From IMG/VR virus record IMGVR_UViG_3300042874_000014: a stretch of 64,000 nt of DNA; one strand, written 5' to 3'. Positions within the stretch are counted from its first letter, which is position 1; every line of letters begins with the position of its first letter. Made by a program: the position numbers and the translations under genes. Source of the DNA: an uncultured virus (IMG/VR IMGVR_UViG_3300042874_000014) (taxonomy: Duplodnaviria > Heunggongvirae > Uroviricota > Caudoviricetes > Crassvirales). Positions 62,249 through 64,000 of this stretch are shown one piece after another. The notes below the pieces were generated by a model. The model ran no database searches and was not told the DNA's origin. It saw only the letters and a program-made list of their open reading frames with translations.

Positions 62249-62935
62249 TTATCTATTATGAAATGATATATCCGTTGCATCAGGATTTAATACTAAGCTA
62301 GTCCATAACTTTCTGTGTATTTCACGAGCGTCCCTGTCTAAACCCTTAGCACTATTCTTAGCTTTTAAAAACCATTTCTGCCATAGCTTATTTGGGTTAT
62401 TATCGTTCAAATGTGATGCTAATGAGTAAATAGGGTGCTTGTAACCTCTAGCTATTATTCTAAACAATAGGTAATATTCTATTGCTAGTAATACCTTTTC
62501 TCTGTTAGGTACTAATGGTATCTCCATGTTTAATTCCTCACAAAATTTACTAGCTAGTTTAAAATAATGAACTCTCATAGTAGCATCTTTATACCCACTA
62601 ACAAATGTACCATCGTTGTTTAACTGATATGTACCTTTATTTGGAAATTCATCAGCTTGCTCTACGTCATGTTTGTTAGCACTATTTACTCTAATTTGTC
62701 TAATCTTCATGTACTCTATTGCCTTAAGACCTTGTATAAAACATGGTAGCTGACCTATGTGATTTTTAACTTCTACGTCTTCGTGGCAAGGTATAAAACC
62801 ATCATATATATTCATATGATTTAAAGCTTCACCTATCCATTCGTATGCTCTAGGTTCCCAATCACTTGATAGAATGTCATAGTGGTCATATACTCTACGT
62901 ATTACCTCTCTACTTGATATTTGTTCATAAATCAT
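62249..62935 (-). CDS. tail tubular/ring protein
   Basis: S.REVI.RVY...EWIGEAL...LPC...PLVP....AI.YY; adjacent to the stabilization gene. Confidence 0.7.
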   Translation of the reverse strand: MIYEQISSREVIRRVYDHYDILSSDWEPRAYEWIGEALNHMNIYDGFIPCHEDVEVKNHIGQLPCFIQGLKAIEYMKIRQIRVNSANKHDVEQADEFPNKGTYQLNNDGTFVSGYKDATMRVHYFKLASKFCEELNMEIPLVPNREKVLLAIEYYLLFRIIARGYKHPIYSLASHLNDNNPNKLWQKWFLKAKNSAKGLDRDAREIHRKLWTSLVLNPDATDISFHNR

Positions 62936-63815
62936 AATGCGGATTGTATTTATTAATATGGTCTGGATTCATGTTAGTTAATAATAATGCTCTTTGTACA
63001 TTACCCATACTTAAATTAGTTAAATCGTCAATCGTATAGTTCTTAGTTATATCCTCTATACTGGTTATGTATTTACCCTCTTCTGTGGGATAATAGCTAC
63101 TCGGGTAGAATCTATAATATTGAGAGTTCTTGGCATATCTATGGTTACTCCATTTCCAAAATATCTCTTTAGTTGTTTCATACACACTTAACCATTTCTC
63201 ACCATCGGGTGCTGTCTTTTTATTATATGGTGTACCGCCTTTATCTATAATCGCTTGCTTTCTCTTCATCGAATTAGGGAAGTCATAACAACGTTTCATA
63301 TCAGTAGTATCAAGTACCATTATCTTTATATCGCCTAAGTTAAATGGTATCTTGAATTTCTTATAGCCTTGTATTAATATTTCAGATATGTTAGTATTAT
63401 ACATATTGATTATATTATTAAATGTTCTATAATCAACTATGTCCATACTTTGATTCTCTAATTTATACTCTAGTTCTTTAAACTTTTTATACTTCTTAGT
63501 GTATGTTATAGCGAATGATAATAGTAACGCTTCTTCATCAACTGTAATAGTAACACCGTATCGTTGTGCTTCATCTTTTATTTTAGTTAGCATGGCTTCA
63601 TATGTTGAACCAATACTTGCGTTCTGCATATACTCATACACAAAACCTAATCGTTCTTTTAGTGCATAATTATCTTTAGCCGCTGTAATAAATAACATAT
63701 TAGATACACTTTCTAATGTATTTTCTAAAGCATCGTATGAATATATCATAGCTTTATACTCTTTCTCACTTTGTTCTACATAGTACTTATAGAACTTTCT
63801 AGCATGTGCTCTCAT
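62925..63815 (-). CDS. crAss IHF-like structural-module protein
   Basis: F.IPFNLG.I.I, S.KRKQ.I...G.TPY.....P.GEKWL, W.W, YRF.PS. Confidence 0.6.
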   Translation of the reverse strand: MRAHARKFYKYYVEQSEKEYKAMIYSYDALENTLESVSNMLFITAAKDNYALKERLGFVYEYMQNASIGSTYEAMLTKIKDEAQRYGVTITVDEEALLLSFAITYTKKYKKFKELEYKLENQSMDIVDYRTFNNIINMYNTNISEILIQGYKKFKIPFNLGDIKIMVLDTTDMKRCYDFPNSMKRKQAIIDKGGTPYNKKTAPDGEKWLSVYETTKEIFWKWSNHRYAKNSQYYRFYPSSYYPTEEGKYITSIEDITKNYTIDDLTNLSMGNVQRALLLTNMNPDHINKYNPHYDL

Positions 63816-64000
63816 TCTTTCTCATCGTTTAATTCAACATTAGCTGATATTGGTTTCTCTTTAAGTAGAGCTAATTCTTTAATAACTAAATCTCTAACTA
63901 AGATTAACATACTTGCATCTATTGGTAATTCATAATCTTCGTTATAGCAATTGTCATCATCACAACCAAACCTTATCTCACGAGGGTCGGCGTATATTGC
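63812..64000 (-). CDS. C-terminal fragment of a tail ring/structural protein (5' end outside window)
   Basis: Manual translation ...AIYADPREIRFGCDDDNCYNEDYELPIDASMLILVRDLVIKEL...; TGA at 63812. Confidence 0.55.
   Translation of the reverse strand, partial: AIYADPREIRFGCDDDNCYNEDYELPIDASMLILVRDLVIKELALLKEKPISANVELNDEKE

Overview
AT-rich (about 30% GC by eye) 64-kb fragment of a crAss-like (Crassvirales) phage genome, standard genetic code, probably infecting a Bacteroidota host. Layout: (i) 1-2200, minus-strand genes: PD-(D/E)XK nuclease, HU/IHF-like protein, GroES-like protein. (ii) 2200-6200, a mostly non-coding divergent region with microsatellites, a TGTGAT array, dense hairpins and micro-ORFs. 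(iii) 6200-29300, a plus-strand early/replication arm: dNMP kinase, Dda-like helicase, UDG-like protein, PolB, degenerate SF2 helicase, annealing protein, SSB-like protein, primase, ThyA, GroEL, DNA ligase, DUF2829-like protein, glucosaminidase. (iv) 29500-64000, a minus-strand virion arm: large ejected polyvalent proteins, a 3702-aa virion RNA polymerase, cargo proteins and tail proteins. The strongest unexplained signal is a ~28-bp GC-rich motif (core CCCCCGTA-R-G, consensus AAnWTYCCCCCGTARGKGRGGAWWWTGTG) found 13 times across the window. It occurs on both strands, often in inverted pairs, and is kept inside essential genes in different reading frames. Other highlights: a candidate ~550-nt structured RNA with a duplicated module, a tRNA-like RNA, a GroEL plus divergent GroES pair, and a nucleotidyltransferase-bearing protein that may interrupt the vRNAP locus. 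All protein calls come from motif recognition by eye; no database searches were run.
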